A stretch of DNA of 64,000 nt from Gekko japonicus. Taxonomy: Eukaryota. This document shows, in pieces, positions 11,029 to 23,308 of this stretch; the stretch's first letter is position 1, and each line of letters starts with the position of its first letter. Made by a program: the position numbers and the translations under genes. A model generated the notes under the pieces. The model saw only the letters and a list, made by a program, of their open reading frames with translations, did not search any database and was not told the DNA's origin. The stretch is taken from contig NW_015172553.1 of assembly GCF_001447785.1 (NCBI RefSeq), forward strand, positions 787,737 to 851,736, written 5' to 3'.

Positions 11029-11338
11029 AGGCTGAAGGACTCTGAATGGTGCCTTAAAGCAAGTGATATAAATGATGGTCTTGGGGTTGTCTTTAAACAG
11101 TCTAAAAATGGTTAAAAGGATAAATAATTTAGCTTAATCGACTATGTTCAATGTAATGTAAGCATTTTAGACTAACACTTAAATAAGCTGATGTAACGAT
11201 CTCCTATACTTGGGGTTTTAGTTATTAGTGGTTTTCTTTCCTTTCTCCTTAGATGTAGATGTTCCCTCCCTATTTTTTCGTTGTATGTAGTTTATAGAAA
11301 AAGCAATTTAAAAATCCCCTTTGGGGGGCAAAAAAAAA

Positions 11339-12640
11339 TCTATATATCTAATAGCCAAGTTGCCCCCTCCATGTGGATATCTAAATCCGCACATCAGGGG
11401 CACTTGGGGGGCAGAGAGATTTTCCTGCACACTTGGAGCAGTTCCCAGGTGTGCAGAAAAATCTAACAAGTTGGAAAAAAATATGGGGTATATTTAAATC
11501 CCCCCAAAAGTAAAAGTGTCCCCTGCATGTGCGCAGAGAACACTCTGGCCATTGGGGGAGAGGCTCGGAGGGCTCGGCAGCTGGGAACCGCTTGGGCCTT
11601 GCCGCTGGGGGGAGTGGGAGAAGGCTTGGCAGGGGTTGCCACTGGTGCGGGGGGCAGGGGAGAAGGATTGGCAGGCCTGGCGGCTGGAAGGTGTTGGTGC
11701 CGGGGTGTGGGGGGAGAAGGATTGGCAGGCCTGGGCGTCGCCGTTGGTGCAGGGGGAGGAGGCTACAAGAAGACAGAGCATCAGTTGCCCCAGAGCCCCT
11801 ATCTATACCTTGTGGCTAATAGCCACTGATGGACCTCTGCTCCATATCTATATATCTAATAGCCAAGTTGCCCCTCTGTGAGGATATCTAAATCTGCACA
11901 TCTGAGGCACATAGGGGGCAAAGAGATTTTCCTGCACACTTGGGGTCCTCCCCAGGTGTGCAGAAAAATCTGAAATGTAGAAAAAAAACTATACGGGGGA
12001 TACTTAAATCCCCCAGAAAGGAAAAGAGCGTTCCCTGCGCATGCACAGAGAACGCACTGGGAACTGTGCCTCCCTGTTGTTGCCGTGGGGGGGGGGAAAG
12101 CTTGGCTGGCCTGGGGGCAGTTGCCAGGTGGGGGGGGGGGGGAGAAGGCTTGGTGGGCCCAGCGATGACATCTTCCCCAAAGATGCTGGTCACCTCACCT
12201 CCTCCATCCCAGTTTCCCATTCAAGGCACACAAGAAACCCGTTGATGCTGAAAGTGGCGCTCTGGCATTTTTTAAATCCTTCTGTTGCTCAGTGAGCCAG
12301 CTAGCTAGGAAGCAGGGCAGCGGCAGCAGCTGTGTGTCTCTCTCTCCCCTGGCAGGATTCAAGTTTCTTGGAGCTTGCAAAGAGTCGCCCTTGAACCTCT
12401 CCCTCCAGCAGCCCTCTGCCAACTGACTTCTTCTCACAGTGCTGCTGGTGCCAGGGGTGGTGGGAAAAGGCTTGGTGGGCCCACTGGCTAGGAGCCACTC
12501 AGGCCTTGGTGCCAGGGGGGAGGGCAGGAAAAGGCTTACCTGCGGCCACTTCCTCCTCCTGAATGGGGAGCTGCTTCTGGAGGCCGGGAGCCTTTGGGAA
12601 TACTCCCCCCCCCCACGAGTATCGCAGGTCCTGCTTCTTG
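11339..12640 (+). mobile_element. Composite non-autonomous Helitron (true 5' end at 8673, split by the HAL1-like insertion)
   Basis: Two A|TCTATATATCTAATAGCC 5' ends (8673/11339 and 11847) heading homologous bodies. 3' end has the hairpin remnant cccacgagtatcgcagg, then CTTG|T at 12640. Confidence 0.7.
11765..11846 (-). mobile_element. CR1 fragment (ORF2 stop region) between the two Helitron units
   Basis: Reverse complement of 4192-4272. Confidence 0.88.
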
Positions 12641-14073
12641 TACCTATTCTATAGCCAAAGTTTTCCAAAAGTAAGGTACCTGATTCAAAGGGCCTGTGGG
12701 CCACTTAGGGGAAAAATGACCTTCCTATGGCATCAAAAACCTGTCTGAAAACACAAGGTTAGGTAATGCGGAAATCCAGTCAGAAATGGAAGCAAGGTGG
12801 GAAGGCCACAGTATCACTGTTCTAAGCCCACAGCTTGCAATTAATCTTTAATAATGGGGAAATTTTGAATTGAGCAAAAGTTGAAAGGCCAATACCACTG
12901 AATTCATTCACTGTATTACTTGCACACTAGTTGATTCACTGTCCTATGTCAGCTAAGTTGCAGGCACAGCAGGACTGAGTGGTTGTGGAGCAAAATAAGG
13001 AGATTCCCCAAACCTGTCACTATTCAAGCTAAAATAGGTGTGGGGAGGTGGAAGTGTTAAAGAACCCTTTACATTTGTATCAGTGTGAATCGCTGAAGTA
13101 TACAGGAAAGAATTGCTTAAAGGCTGGATCTTTATCCTGGGACATCGAATATCCTTCTTTTAATCTACATATTTATAGTGTTGGTGTTATGGTAATTTCA
13201 CCCTCAGATTTTTGCCATCCCTTGCAATGAATACCTCACTTCCCTCCATGATCAGTAGTAACCAGCCTCTGCTGTTTGATCCAAAACCTTCACCCTGGAG
13301 AAACAAAGTGAACAGAAGCCATGCAAGTATATAGGAAAATAAGTACAATAGCCAGAACAGAAATGAGAAAATCCTTTATTCAGAAGGAACAATAAAGTGA
13401 TTGCAAAACATGTACGTACAAAAGTCTAAAACCCATATTCATTGGCATTAGCGCAAAAGCCTGCCTGTGGCACTTGCAGCTGAATTCTTGAGGCAAAAAG
13501 CTTCAATCAGCCATTGAGAACCACCAAAAGAAAAAAAACCCTTCACGATCTCATAAGAAGGGCTAACAAAATACGTACTGTTTCCTATTCTCTAAAAACC
13601 TTGAAAAGCAAGAATGGTTCGTTAAAAAATAGGAGTTTGCTTACAGGTTAAGGACTAGGCAAGGAGAGCGAAGGAAGTTACGATGAATAAATATTTTTCA
13701 AAATTGTCATCTGAGAAGTTCCCTTCAAGACTGCTTAAGTTACTACACTCAAGACTAGCAATTTGTGGTCATCTCCAAGCCCCACATGGACCCCTGGAGT
13801 TTCAATAAGATTGCTGCTACTTGCCTGGGAATCTCAAACATTTGCCAGGCTACATTATATGGTTTATGGGCTGTGTTTGGCCTGGTAGATTACAGGATGT
13901 GCAGGCCAACAACAAGCATATACCATTAAATTCTACTGTAATTGTTAACAGCATTCTAATATTAATCTGTGCATACAAGATTCTGGCTACTAGCATTTGC
14001 TTCTTATTTTCATGATAGCTGAAGATCTAAATCATGTTAGCATTTATCTAGTTACAGGTATTTCATATTACAA

Positions 14074-14770
14074 TCAGGGGTCATTTCGTAGAAAAAGAGG
14101 TGCAGGAGCTCATTAGCATAACTCATTAGCATAATTTATTTGGATATGCCACACCCCCTGACATCACCCCCTGAAACAATACTGACCTTGATAGGCAGAG
14201 AAAGACAAATAAAGAGAGAGACACACAAAGAGGAACACAGAGAAACACGCACAGAGGAACACAGAGAGAAACACACACACAGAGGGATGGACAGACACAC
14301 ATACACACGCAGAGAGAGAGAGGGGGGCAGAGAGAGAGAGAGGGGGGCAGAGAGAGAGAGAGAAACAGAGAGAGAGACACAGAGGGACAGAAAGACAGAC
14401 ACAGGGGCAGAGACACACACACAGAGGCAGAGAGAGACACACAAACAGAGAGAGAGACACACACAGAGGGGCAGAGAGAAAAACAGAGGAACAGAGAGGC
14501 AGAGACAGACACGAACAGGGGGAGGGAGAGAGAGACACATACAGAGGGGCAGAGAGACACACAAAAACAGAGACATACACAGAGAGAGGGGCAGAGAGAC
14601 ACACAGAGGAACACAGAGACAGAGACACACACACTTCCCACCCGAAGGAAGCCCTCCCCCACCGGAGCGGCCAAGCCGCCCTCAGCCTGGGCACCCTTGG
14701 CCCACCGCCACCCCCCGCACCAGCCAGCTGCTGGCACCCTGGGCACCCTCGGCCCACCCCACCCCCACCA
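14074..14770. repeat. hAT-like left end followed by a GA/CA-rich degenerate minisatellite (14190-14635)
   Basis: caggggtcatttcgtagaaaaagaggtg start; repeated gagagacacacagaggggca-like units. Confidence 0.7.
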
Positions 14771-14880
14771 GTGTTCCAGAGAAAACTAATTTATGCAGTG
14801 GTCAAATCGCTCACTCACAACTTTTAATGCCAGTAGCTCACAAAGTAGAGTTTTTGCTCTACAGCTTAGAGGGAATATTG
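14769..14880 (-). mobile_element. Deleted copy of the hAT MITE at 53326-53531
   Basis: ctcacaacttttaatgccagtagctcacaaagtaga...cagcttagagggaatattg matches the reverse complement of that element. Confidence 0.75.
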
Positions 14881-15237
14881 CTCCCCACCCAATCAAGCCC
14901 CCGCCGCCGCCACCCCACTTCGGTGGGCGGGCGGGGGAAGGCATGGGGAGGCATTTAAATGCCTCCCTGCTCCTTGAAAGGCCTTCCCTGGCCTGCCCGC
15001 TTAGGCGGGCAGGCCAGGGAAGGCCGGGGGGTCTAAACAGGCCTTCCCCACTTCTTGAAAGGCCTTCCCCGGCTTGCAACAAGTCCCAATTTACCTTGCT
15101 GTTTCCCACTCCTCGTAGCCCAACTGAGGGCTGCGGGGAGCGGGGCTTGTTGCATGTTCCTGCCCCTGGGGTCCTTTCTGCCTGCCCCTGGGGTCCTTTC
15201 TGCCTGCTCCGGTGCATCATTCTAAACTCTAACCTAA

Positions 15238-15321
15238 AAACCACCTCTGTTTGTCTCGTCTTGAAAAACCTAAGGGGTCACCATATGCCAGCTGTGACTT
15301 GATGGGACTTTCCACCACCAA
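15238..15321 (+). mobile_element. 3' part of a 5S-derived SINE
   Basis: aaaccacctctg...cttgaaaa...ccatatgccagctgtgacttgatgg matches the tails of the copies at 45588 and 47240. Confidence 0.65.
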
Positions 15322-16276
15322 CCTAAAGCATTATTAATATTGTTATTAACACATTGTATGTAAAGTAGCCCTCCAACTCTTCAACAGATTACTTGCAAGA
15401 ACAGACTAAAATTAGAGTCAGAATCAAACTGGTAGATACTTGCAAGAAGAGAAAGGAAGAAGACTGGCATCAATATCAAAAGAAGTCTGAACTGACACAC
15501 TGGGTCAGGAACATTTTGAAAGAAGTTCACAGACACTGAACATTCTGTGCAAAACAAGAATGCTTTTTTACCATTTTGAACAAGTGATACAGATACTTAT
15601 AGAACTTTGGTGATATTCTTATTAGCCAACATGGTTTAGACATCATGGCCAACACTTGCCAGAGCATCAATTACGCACAGTTTCCAGTACATTACAGGGC
15701 TTTTTAGTGACTTCTTAGCAACTTCCAGACCAGCAATACCAAATCAGTACTTTTCTTCTAAAAGAGAAGGATAGGTCCCATGAAACTGAGCTGTATCTTA
15801 GCTGTAATTAGATACAAGGGGCCCACTCTTTCAACTCTAGTCTAGTCAACTGAAAAATTCCACATGCAGAGGCGGCAATCAAAACTGTATGCATGGCTAG
15901 AAGTGAAAGACAACAAATATCTTTAGTTCCTCTGTTATCAGGGTAGACTGACTTACATCTCCACAGAAAGCCAATTTAAATCAATATATTTCCTACATAA
16001 AACGGTATGCTGATTTGTTTCTATAACCACAAAACCCTAAATTATTTAAAATTAAAGACAGCCTATACAGAACCTCAAAGGGTACACTATAAATTCCTTA
16101 CGATTTTAATATTTTTACTATTTTGAAACTGTTTGCTGGGGCAGTTTATAACGAACAAGTAGAAACATCAAAATACAATAAATTAAATCATTAAAATAAA
16201 AATCAAATCAGAATAAAAAGCAGGAAACAAACAAAATCTTTTTTTGAAAACCAGCCAAAACATTAAGACTAACCTG

Positions 16277-16798
16277 GGCCCCGGTCACACGGAGCATTAG
16301 CCATGCTAGAGGGACGGAAGATAGGCGGAGTTTCCAGGCGCGATCTCACCAGCACATCTGGGAAGCGTTGGGCTTCTGTGGCGCAACCGAGGCTTCCCGC
16401 CGAAGACGCGCAGTAAAAAACTAGTACCTCGGAGGTACTAGTTTCCTGAAACTGCGGGGCAAGGGCGGGCGTCTGATCACGTCTCCAGAGGTAGTTCCGG
16501 CGCCTGCCCATGTCCCCTCAGAAAAAGTTTTTTATTTCAAAGTCTCCACGGATGCGCACACGCACCCAAGGGAGCATGCGCACAATTGAGTTTTTTAAAA
16601 AAACAACCAACCCGTTTGCCCTGCGCCCCGTTTCTTTGCTGCGCTGCAGGACTGTGGAGTGATCGGCACCTCCCCCCTACCACGGGACCTCCATGGGACC
16701 TTGATAGGTAGGTCTGCTCGAGCAACCGCACGGTTTTTAGCCCCAGGGCTAACAGCCACGTTTCCCCCCCGCAGTTTCCTGCCCGTGTGACCGGGACC
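16277..16798. mobile_element. PIF/Harbinger-like MITE (copy 1)
   Basis: TIRs ggccccggtcacacgg / ccgtgtgaccgggacc; internal palindrome aaactagtacctcggaggtactagttt; homologous to copy 2, which has a TAA TSD. Confidence 0.8.
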
Positions 16799-16929
16799 CA
16801 AGTTGAAAATAAATAAGCTGCTCCAGATAATTGTTCCATTTCAGAGGAATGGTAATTTTAAAAATTCCCCATAAATTTTTCCCCATTAAAAAAATTCCCC
16901 ATAAAAATTCCCCATGTGACATCTAGAGC

Positions 16930-17083
16930 ACTTGTATTTTTTATATGAATGATTGTTTTATTGCTTGTTTTTTCCTGTTTTTACCTGTTTAATCTTGGCA
17001 TATGTGCCTTAATTGTTAGCCGCCCTGAGCCCATCTGGGGAGGGCAGGGTATAAATTTAATAATAAATAAATAAATAAATAAA
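16930..17083 (+). mobile_element. L2-type 3' end
   Basis: gttagccgccctgagccc...gggtataaat followed by (AAAT)n. Confidence 0.65.
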
Positions 17084-20000
17084 GCCTAGGGAACTAAATG
17101 AGGTTTTGTACCATAAAGAGACAAATCATTGCCTAGAGAGGATCCAAAGTGAGTGTGTTCCATAGCTGAGGAGCCACAGCTGAAAAAGTTTCACTCCTTG
17201 TCACTGTCTATTTCACATCCAACAAGGGAGGGAACCACAGGAGTACCTCAGAAGAAGATCTTTCAGGTGGGCAAAAATTTATGGAGGACAACTAATTGTC
17301 CTTTTATATACGCTCGTTCCTACTCATTTATGGCTTTAATGGTAATGCCCAGCTCACTGAAGTTAATGCTCATGATCACAAGAGGGTCCTTCTTTTACAG
17401 CCTGCAGTCTTAACAGGTTTTGTATACAAGTGCTGGTTTTAATGAAGTCTAGAATATGCTTTTTTCCGGTGTTTGTTTCTGCAGGGCACAACTCTCAGCC
17501 AGTAGCAAGGGCTAGCAGGGCATTTTAAAAATATGAATTGTACCGCCAAATGTATAACCAATCTAGCGGTATACAAATTAGATTTATGACATTCAATCAA
17601 TAAACTAAGAACACTTAACTTCAGATTGCAGGTATGCTTGCCAATTGCTACCGATGGCAGGCAAACTCCAGCCCCTGTGCTCCCATCAAGTGCTCACTCA
17701 ATTGAGATAATGGGAGGAAAATGGGGGACAATGCAGACACTGTGGTGTCACTTCCATTCAAATACCAGGAAATGACATCATGGCACCTGTGATTCTCTAG
17801 GATTTCCCCCAATCTTCGAGATTTTGGGAATTCCTAGATCATCATAGTCACCATGACATCACTTCTGGGAGCTTGCCAGGAAGTGATGTCATTGCATCCA
17901 TACCACCTCTGCCCCTCAAATGCTCCCAGGGGTTGCCAACAGAGGGCTGGAAACCCTAACTGCAAGCTATTTAAAGTTTAAGCACTAGAAATATGACATT
18001 TTAATGAAGTGGAATATAGACAGTAGAACACAGAAGAATTCCTGAATATCTCTCTCTGTACACAGTGATGTCTAGTTCTCTATGGGTCCAACTACATGTT
18101 ATGTTGGGAGCTGCATGTATGAGCTCCAAGTGGCATACTATACTCACCAAGTATGCAGGAGACAGATTTGGATGGACACTCAGACAGCACAATGGGAAGA
18201 GACAAGACTTTCCCTGTACACAGTTTTCCCCAATCAAAAACTGTAGGGGAGTGTCACTTGCCCTGTTGTAAAAACACATATTTACATTTTTGATCAGAAA
18301 AAGAGCACAGGGAAAAGCCTTGGAAGCCCACTCCCCTAGTGCCATGGTCCCAATCAAAATATACCCCCATGTCGCTGGTTTAAAAAACACTCCCAACATA
18401 TTAGGAAGTTAGGCCCTACGTTTCCATTCTTTTCTTCATAAGAATTCTGAGATAGCAGTGCACAGATCAGCAGCAGAAGTTCTTGTATTATTTATTGAAA
18501 CAGTTGTGCATTGATAAAATCTTTTACTAAGTGTAGATATATTATTTTAGTGAGAAACTACATACCCTGTCATTACAGAATATATTCATCTGCCAAAGAT
18601 CCCTCAGGCACCTGTGATGGTAGCTATTGCCCCTTTCAGCAGCACTGATCTATAAAGTGGTCCAGAGTTAGTGAACAGGGCAAATTTTAAAAATCTAAGA
18701 CACAGCCAATAATGCAAACATAGCTAGTTTGTGCTTCCTGGAAAAGTTCCATTAAGCAATTTCTTCCCTTCACTTGCTGGCTCAGTCTTCTGTGTGTTAC
18801 GAAAAAGCCATTCTTTCACAGTCAATTTACCTATTACCTTTGGGGACAAGGAATTACTATTTCAGAAAGCTTTAGAGCTGATATACTTTTTAACACCTCT
18901 ATTAAGTCTCTTCCAAAATCCCACACTGCATTACCCCATTCCACACCCTGTCTACCAGTTTTATCTCCACAACATCAACTAAATTATGTCTAAGACTATA
19001 AAACATCATCATTTATTTTACTGCTTTACTCAGGGTCCTTGAAATCATTCACACGCTTTATCTTGTTACTATATAACGAATAGTATTATTATTATGCAGA
19101 TAGTTGGCTGATAAAGACAAATTGTCTAAGACAAGAAAGTTCATGGCAGAGCCAAGATTCAAACCTTTCTTGGTCTATAACCCAGTCACTAAGTGGCACT
19201 TCCTTTATTAAACCAGATTCACATCAGAGTTAATGTTCATAGATTGTACTCTGATGCAGACCCACATCTGAACAAGTTTAAAAAAAAAAAAATCCTCTTC
19301 AGGTTATGAAAATCCAGATGTACTGAGTGGTAACATTTTCAAAAAATCAGACCTCAACTCTGCCACATAACCTGTAGATAAATTAAGAGTCCATAACTTT
19401 CTAGCTGAACTTTTAATTTGCATTAGTTAAATCATTCATTTGATTAATCCACTTTACCTCAAGGCACCAGCACTGTATCAGAGCTACAGTTTCATCTGCT
19501 TCCTATCAGCTACTGCCAGTTGAAAAGATGATCATTCACTGGCAACACTGGCATGAGAAAGGATTTTTATATACTAGATATTGTATAACAGTACTTTATC
19601 CAATCAGAATAATTGTTTTACATTACACAACTGCTAAAAATACCAAGACACACCACGTGGTCACAAAGTGTTACTACATGCCTCTGATATAAGTAGAAAA
19701 GTAAAAGTAAACATTACAGTAAAAGTAAACATTACAGTAGGATTACATACAGCTGATGCCTAAACATAAAACTGTGAAAGTGCTGGATGGCTTAGAGATC
19801 ATGACCTGATATATGTATCCTGAATATGTACAGTAGAAAACCATGGAAAAAGCTTGATCCTTAAACGTGTAGGCGCCCAAGAACTACTGTCACATCAGTA
19901 AGACCACCTGCTTTATCCATTGTAATTTGTCAATTGCACCCAACACAGTCCAATCCATCAACATTATTACTGAAACCACAAGTCATGACAAAAAAGTCAC

Positions 20001-23000
20001 AATCATAAAGCTCAATCATAACGTTCAATAAGGTAGCATCCATATATCAGCTCATACTATTGCTTGTCATCATAACTGCTACTGTGGTGCAATGTGGGAA
20101 CAACAAAAGCAGCCATGCTTTATCGTTATATTTATTTAGCTAATATTAAATCTCCCTGTCTACTACTTACTAATTCAAGGAAGTACTACAATGAGCAACA
20201 AAATCATCTGTTGCTGTTAAGTAGATTCCTACTATGCAATGTTTGCATTCATTTAACTTGTCACGTTAATACTTATGCTTTGCTTCACCTCTATTTGGTT
20301 CCAATTTTCTACAAGTCAAATCCTATTACATTGTCTACTAGATGTCCCATGCTGTGGTTTATATTGACTTATTCTGTTTAACCTGCCTTAAGTCCCAGTG
20401 AAAAAGGTGGATTATAAATAATATAAATAAAATAAATAAATTTGGTGGCCATGGGAAATTCACAGCACTGTTGGAAAGGAAAATAGAACAAAAAATCCCT
20501 TGAATTCCTTGGAGAAGAGACAAGATACAAATATTGCCTTTATGTAGGATTCATTTAAAAACCAACTGGACAGCAGACCAATTCTGAAAATGAAAATGAA
20601 GCTCTGAGACCTGTGTTGAGATCTATAATACAGTTTTTAAAATGATCATCCTGCACACAGTATTATATTAGTTCAGTTTAATATAACAAATATTGCTTTA
20701 ATTAAACAGAAACAAAAAACCTCATAGAAAACTCTTCATTCATCTGATTATAGTAACAGGGAGAATCAGTCCAGAATGCAATATTTTTCACATAACACCC
20801 ATAGTTTTACTTGTAATTTGTTTTTTGATGGTAGGGAAAACCAAAACCCCAAGCCAATAGTGCCACCTAGCTTCCATTTACAGTGCCCATAATTCCATAC
20901 ATAATAAGAACAAAACAGCTGTGAAAAGTGCTCATATTTTACCAATTGCAGAAAGATATATGAATGTTCTCAGCTTTTGGTGAATGATGGTGCAAGCCCA
21001 TTATAATGGAGACACATTAACACACCCAAACTTGCTTCCACAAAGGACATACTGAGTCAGTAAGGGTCTCTCTCTTCCTAGAAGTTTTGCAATGTACATT
21101 GTATACAATGCACCCCAGTAATTTGTCTTTATTTAAAGTACACAAGATTGGGGGAGAGGAGACAATTGGATTTTAGGTGCAGGCACACACATATACACAC
21201 ACTCCAACCAAACAGGGTTGACCACCTCAAAAAAAATATCCAGATAAACTTCAGATTAAATTAATTCCACAGACTAATACCTAACAAGTTGAATTTTTAG
21301 GGTTGCTATTTTAAACAGCCGGCTTGCTGAGAATGTAGAGTAGACATTCCAATCACTGTAAAATATCTAGGCTCTCATAAGAACATGCAAAACATACCAA
21401 TGACCTCAAGAAACAGCTTTAAGAATATAATCTTCATAGTGTTTTACTTCTACGCCAACAAAGAAAGCCATTTGAAAACTGTTGAGTGCAGATATGTTTA
21501 GTGTTGTACCTAGGCAAGTGTTCAAATGTCATTTTAAAGGATAAGTATATCAAAATACAATTTGGACTTAAGTCTCAATATTGCAAGTAAAGTTTGTTTC
21601 AGTATGGATTCCACACTTCTTAAGCATGTGTAATTATCCAGGACTCACACCATAATTAATGTAAATTATAAACCATGCAGATTTAATTGCCTATTGCAGA
21701 GCAGTGGCATTGTGGTAATGGATATTCATTTTGCTGTGCCACACATATTCAAAGCATCAGTACTTAGGAGTTTGCTACCTCCGCACCCCCATAATATACA
21801 AAAGAATATCCAGCAACCATAACTTTGGAGCTATTTAAGTATTATTTGTAACAAGTTTCAGTACAATGTTGAAAATATAGCACCAGCCCTCAAAAACATT
21901 CACCAGGCATATAATGCACCCCAGGGAATCTTGCAAAGTAGTCTGGCAAGTGAGATCTATTAGCAATCAATGGAATTTGCATTCAATTTCTTTGATAGCG
22001 AAAGAGCAACATGTCACAATGCACATATAGGTATCTGCTAACCACATAGCTCCCAAGGAACCTCTCTCACAAACCATAACACAGCAAACCACATAGTACA
22101 GCCACTTATGCCTGGTCTACATGTTATGCTTACTACATTCATGGTTGATGACAGGATGTGTGACGGGAATAGTTGCTACATGGTTATTCCCTGCAGATGA
22201 TAATATGCATTGTAACGTGTAACGGATTTTTAAACTAAAATCTTTTTGTTGTGATGCTTCCATATCTCCATAACTCATTGATAACTTTCTAACTTTAATT
22301 GTAGAGGCTATATTCAAAGCCAATTCTTTGAATAAGCACAGAAGGCTAGACGGTCTTCATTCTTTCAGTAGTATGGAATCAGAACACTGTGCCCAGCCAA
22401 TTTACATGACATTGGCGAAAGCATAATCTCCTGTGAACATAATGCAAATGTTCAAAATGCCATCAGCCACAAGAAGAGCACATCAAATTATCATGGAACT
22501 GCCCAAGTAGATTCCTGAGATGACAGACTGACAACTCACCATGACAAATGCTTACTGAATGCGCATATCTTAATTCCCCCAAAAAACTTCCTCTCCCTAA
22601 AAGAGACATTGGGGGGGAAACATTCATCCCCCACAGTTTCAAAATTTCCAGAAATTTAACATCTCTAAACAGTACCAGTCCTCGTACCAACCTTTGCGGA
22701 ATACCTCTGCTTCCTGACATTACAAGAATCATCCGTTTTCTCCTACTTCCTATTTTTTAAAGTAGTTTCTAATCCACCAGAGCACCTGACCTCTTACTCC
22801 ACAACTATTAAGTCAGAAGGATTTAGTGAGGGATTTTGTCAAAAGCTTTTAGGAAATCCAAGTATATTAATACTCTATCACACTTTTCTGCATGTTTATT
22901 AAACCCTAACGGTCAGTAAAACGTGATTTAAGAATGTAAGAAGAGCACTGTGGCCCATATAGTCCAGCATGCTGTTCCACACAGCAGTCAGCCAATTGTC

Positions 23001-23308
23001 ATGGAGGGCCAAACAAAAGCCATAGAGGGTCAAGGCCTTTTCCTGAAGCTGCCTCCTAGGACTGGGAGGTTCTCTTAACTCACCATAGCTAATAGTCATT
23101 GATGCACCTATCCACCATGAATCTGTCCTACCCTATCTACATTTGCGGCCATCACTATATCCACAGTCAGTGAGTTCCACAGTTTAATTACTCTTGACTG
23201 CCCATCAACTTATTTGGGTGCCCTGAGTTCTAGTATTACGGAAGAGGGAGTAAAAGCTCTGTCTTTCCACTTTCTCCATCTCATGCATAATTGTATAAGC
23301 CTCTATCA

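Larger units (their letters stand above)
8684..11336 (+). mobile_element. ORF1-only L1 derivative (HAL1-like), apparently full-length, containing a solo LTR
   Basis: Starts GGACTTCTGG...ATGGC, then a CpG-rich 5'UTR, ORF1, ~300-nt 3'UTR and poly(A) at 11330-11338. The 13-bp TSD AATCTATATATCT lies at 8671-8683 and 11337-11349. No ORF2. Confidence 0.85.

Noticed and set aside
11494-12748. Gly/Trp-rich ORFs
   Set aside because: GC-rich internal repeats of the non-autonomous Helitron; no Rep/helicase motifs.
13645-13824. Possible UTR exon (donor CCT|GTAAGC)
   Set aside because: Weak acceptor and no other support.
14126-14958. Long ORFs (164-272 aa) on both strands
   Set aside because: They arise from the GA/CA low-complexity repeat, which lacks stop codons.
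16860-16915. Short tandem repeats here and at 19700-19738, 54582-54610 and 60329-60381 as array-like systems
   Set aside because: Two to four copies without spacers; ordinary slippage, not CRISPR-like.
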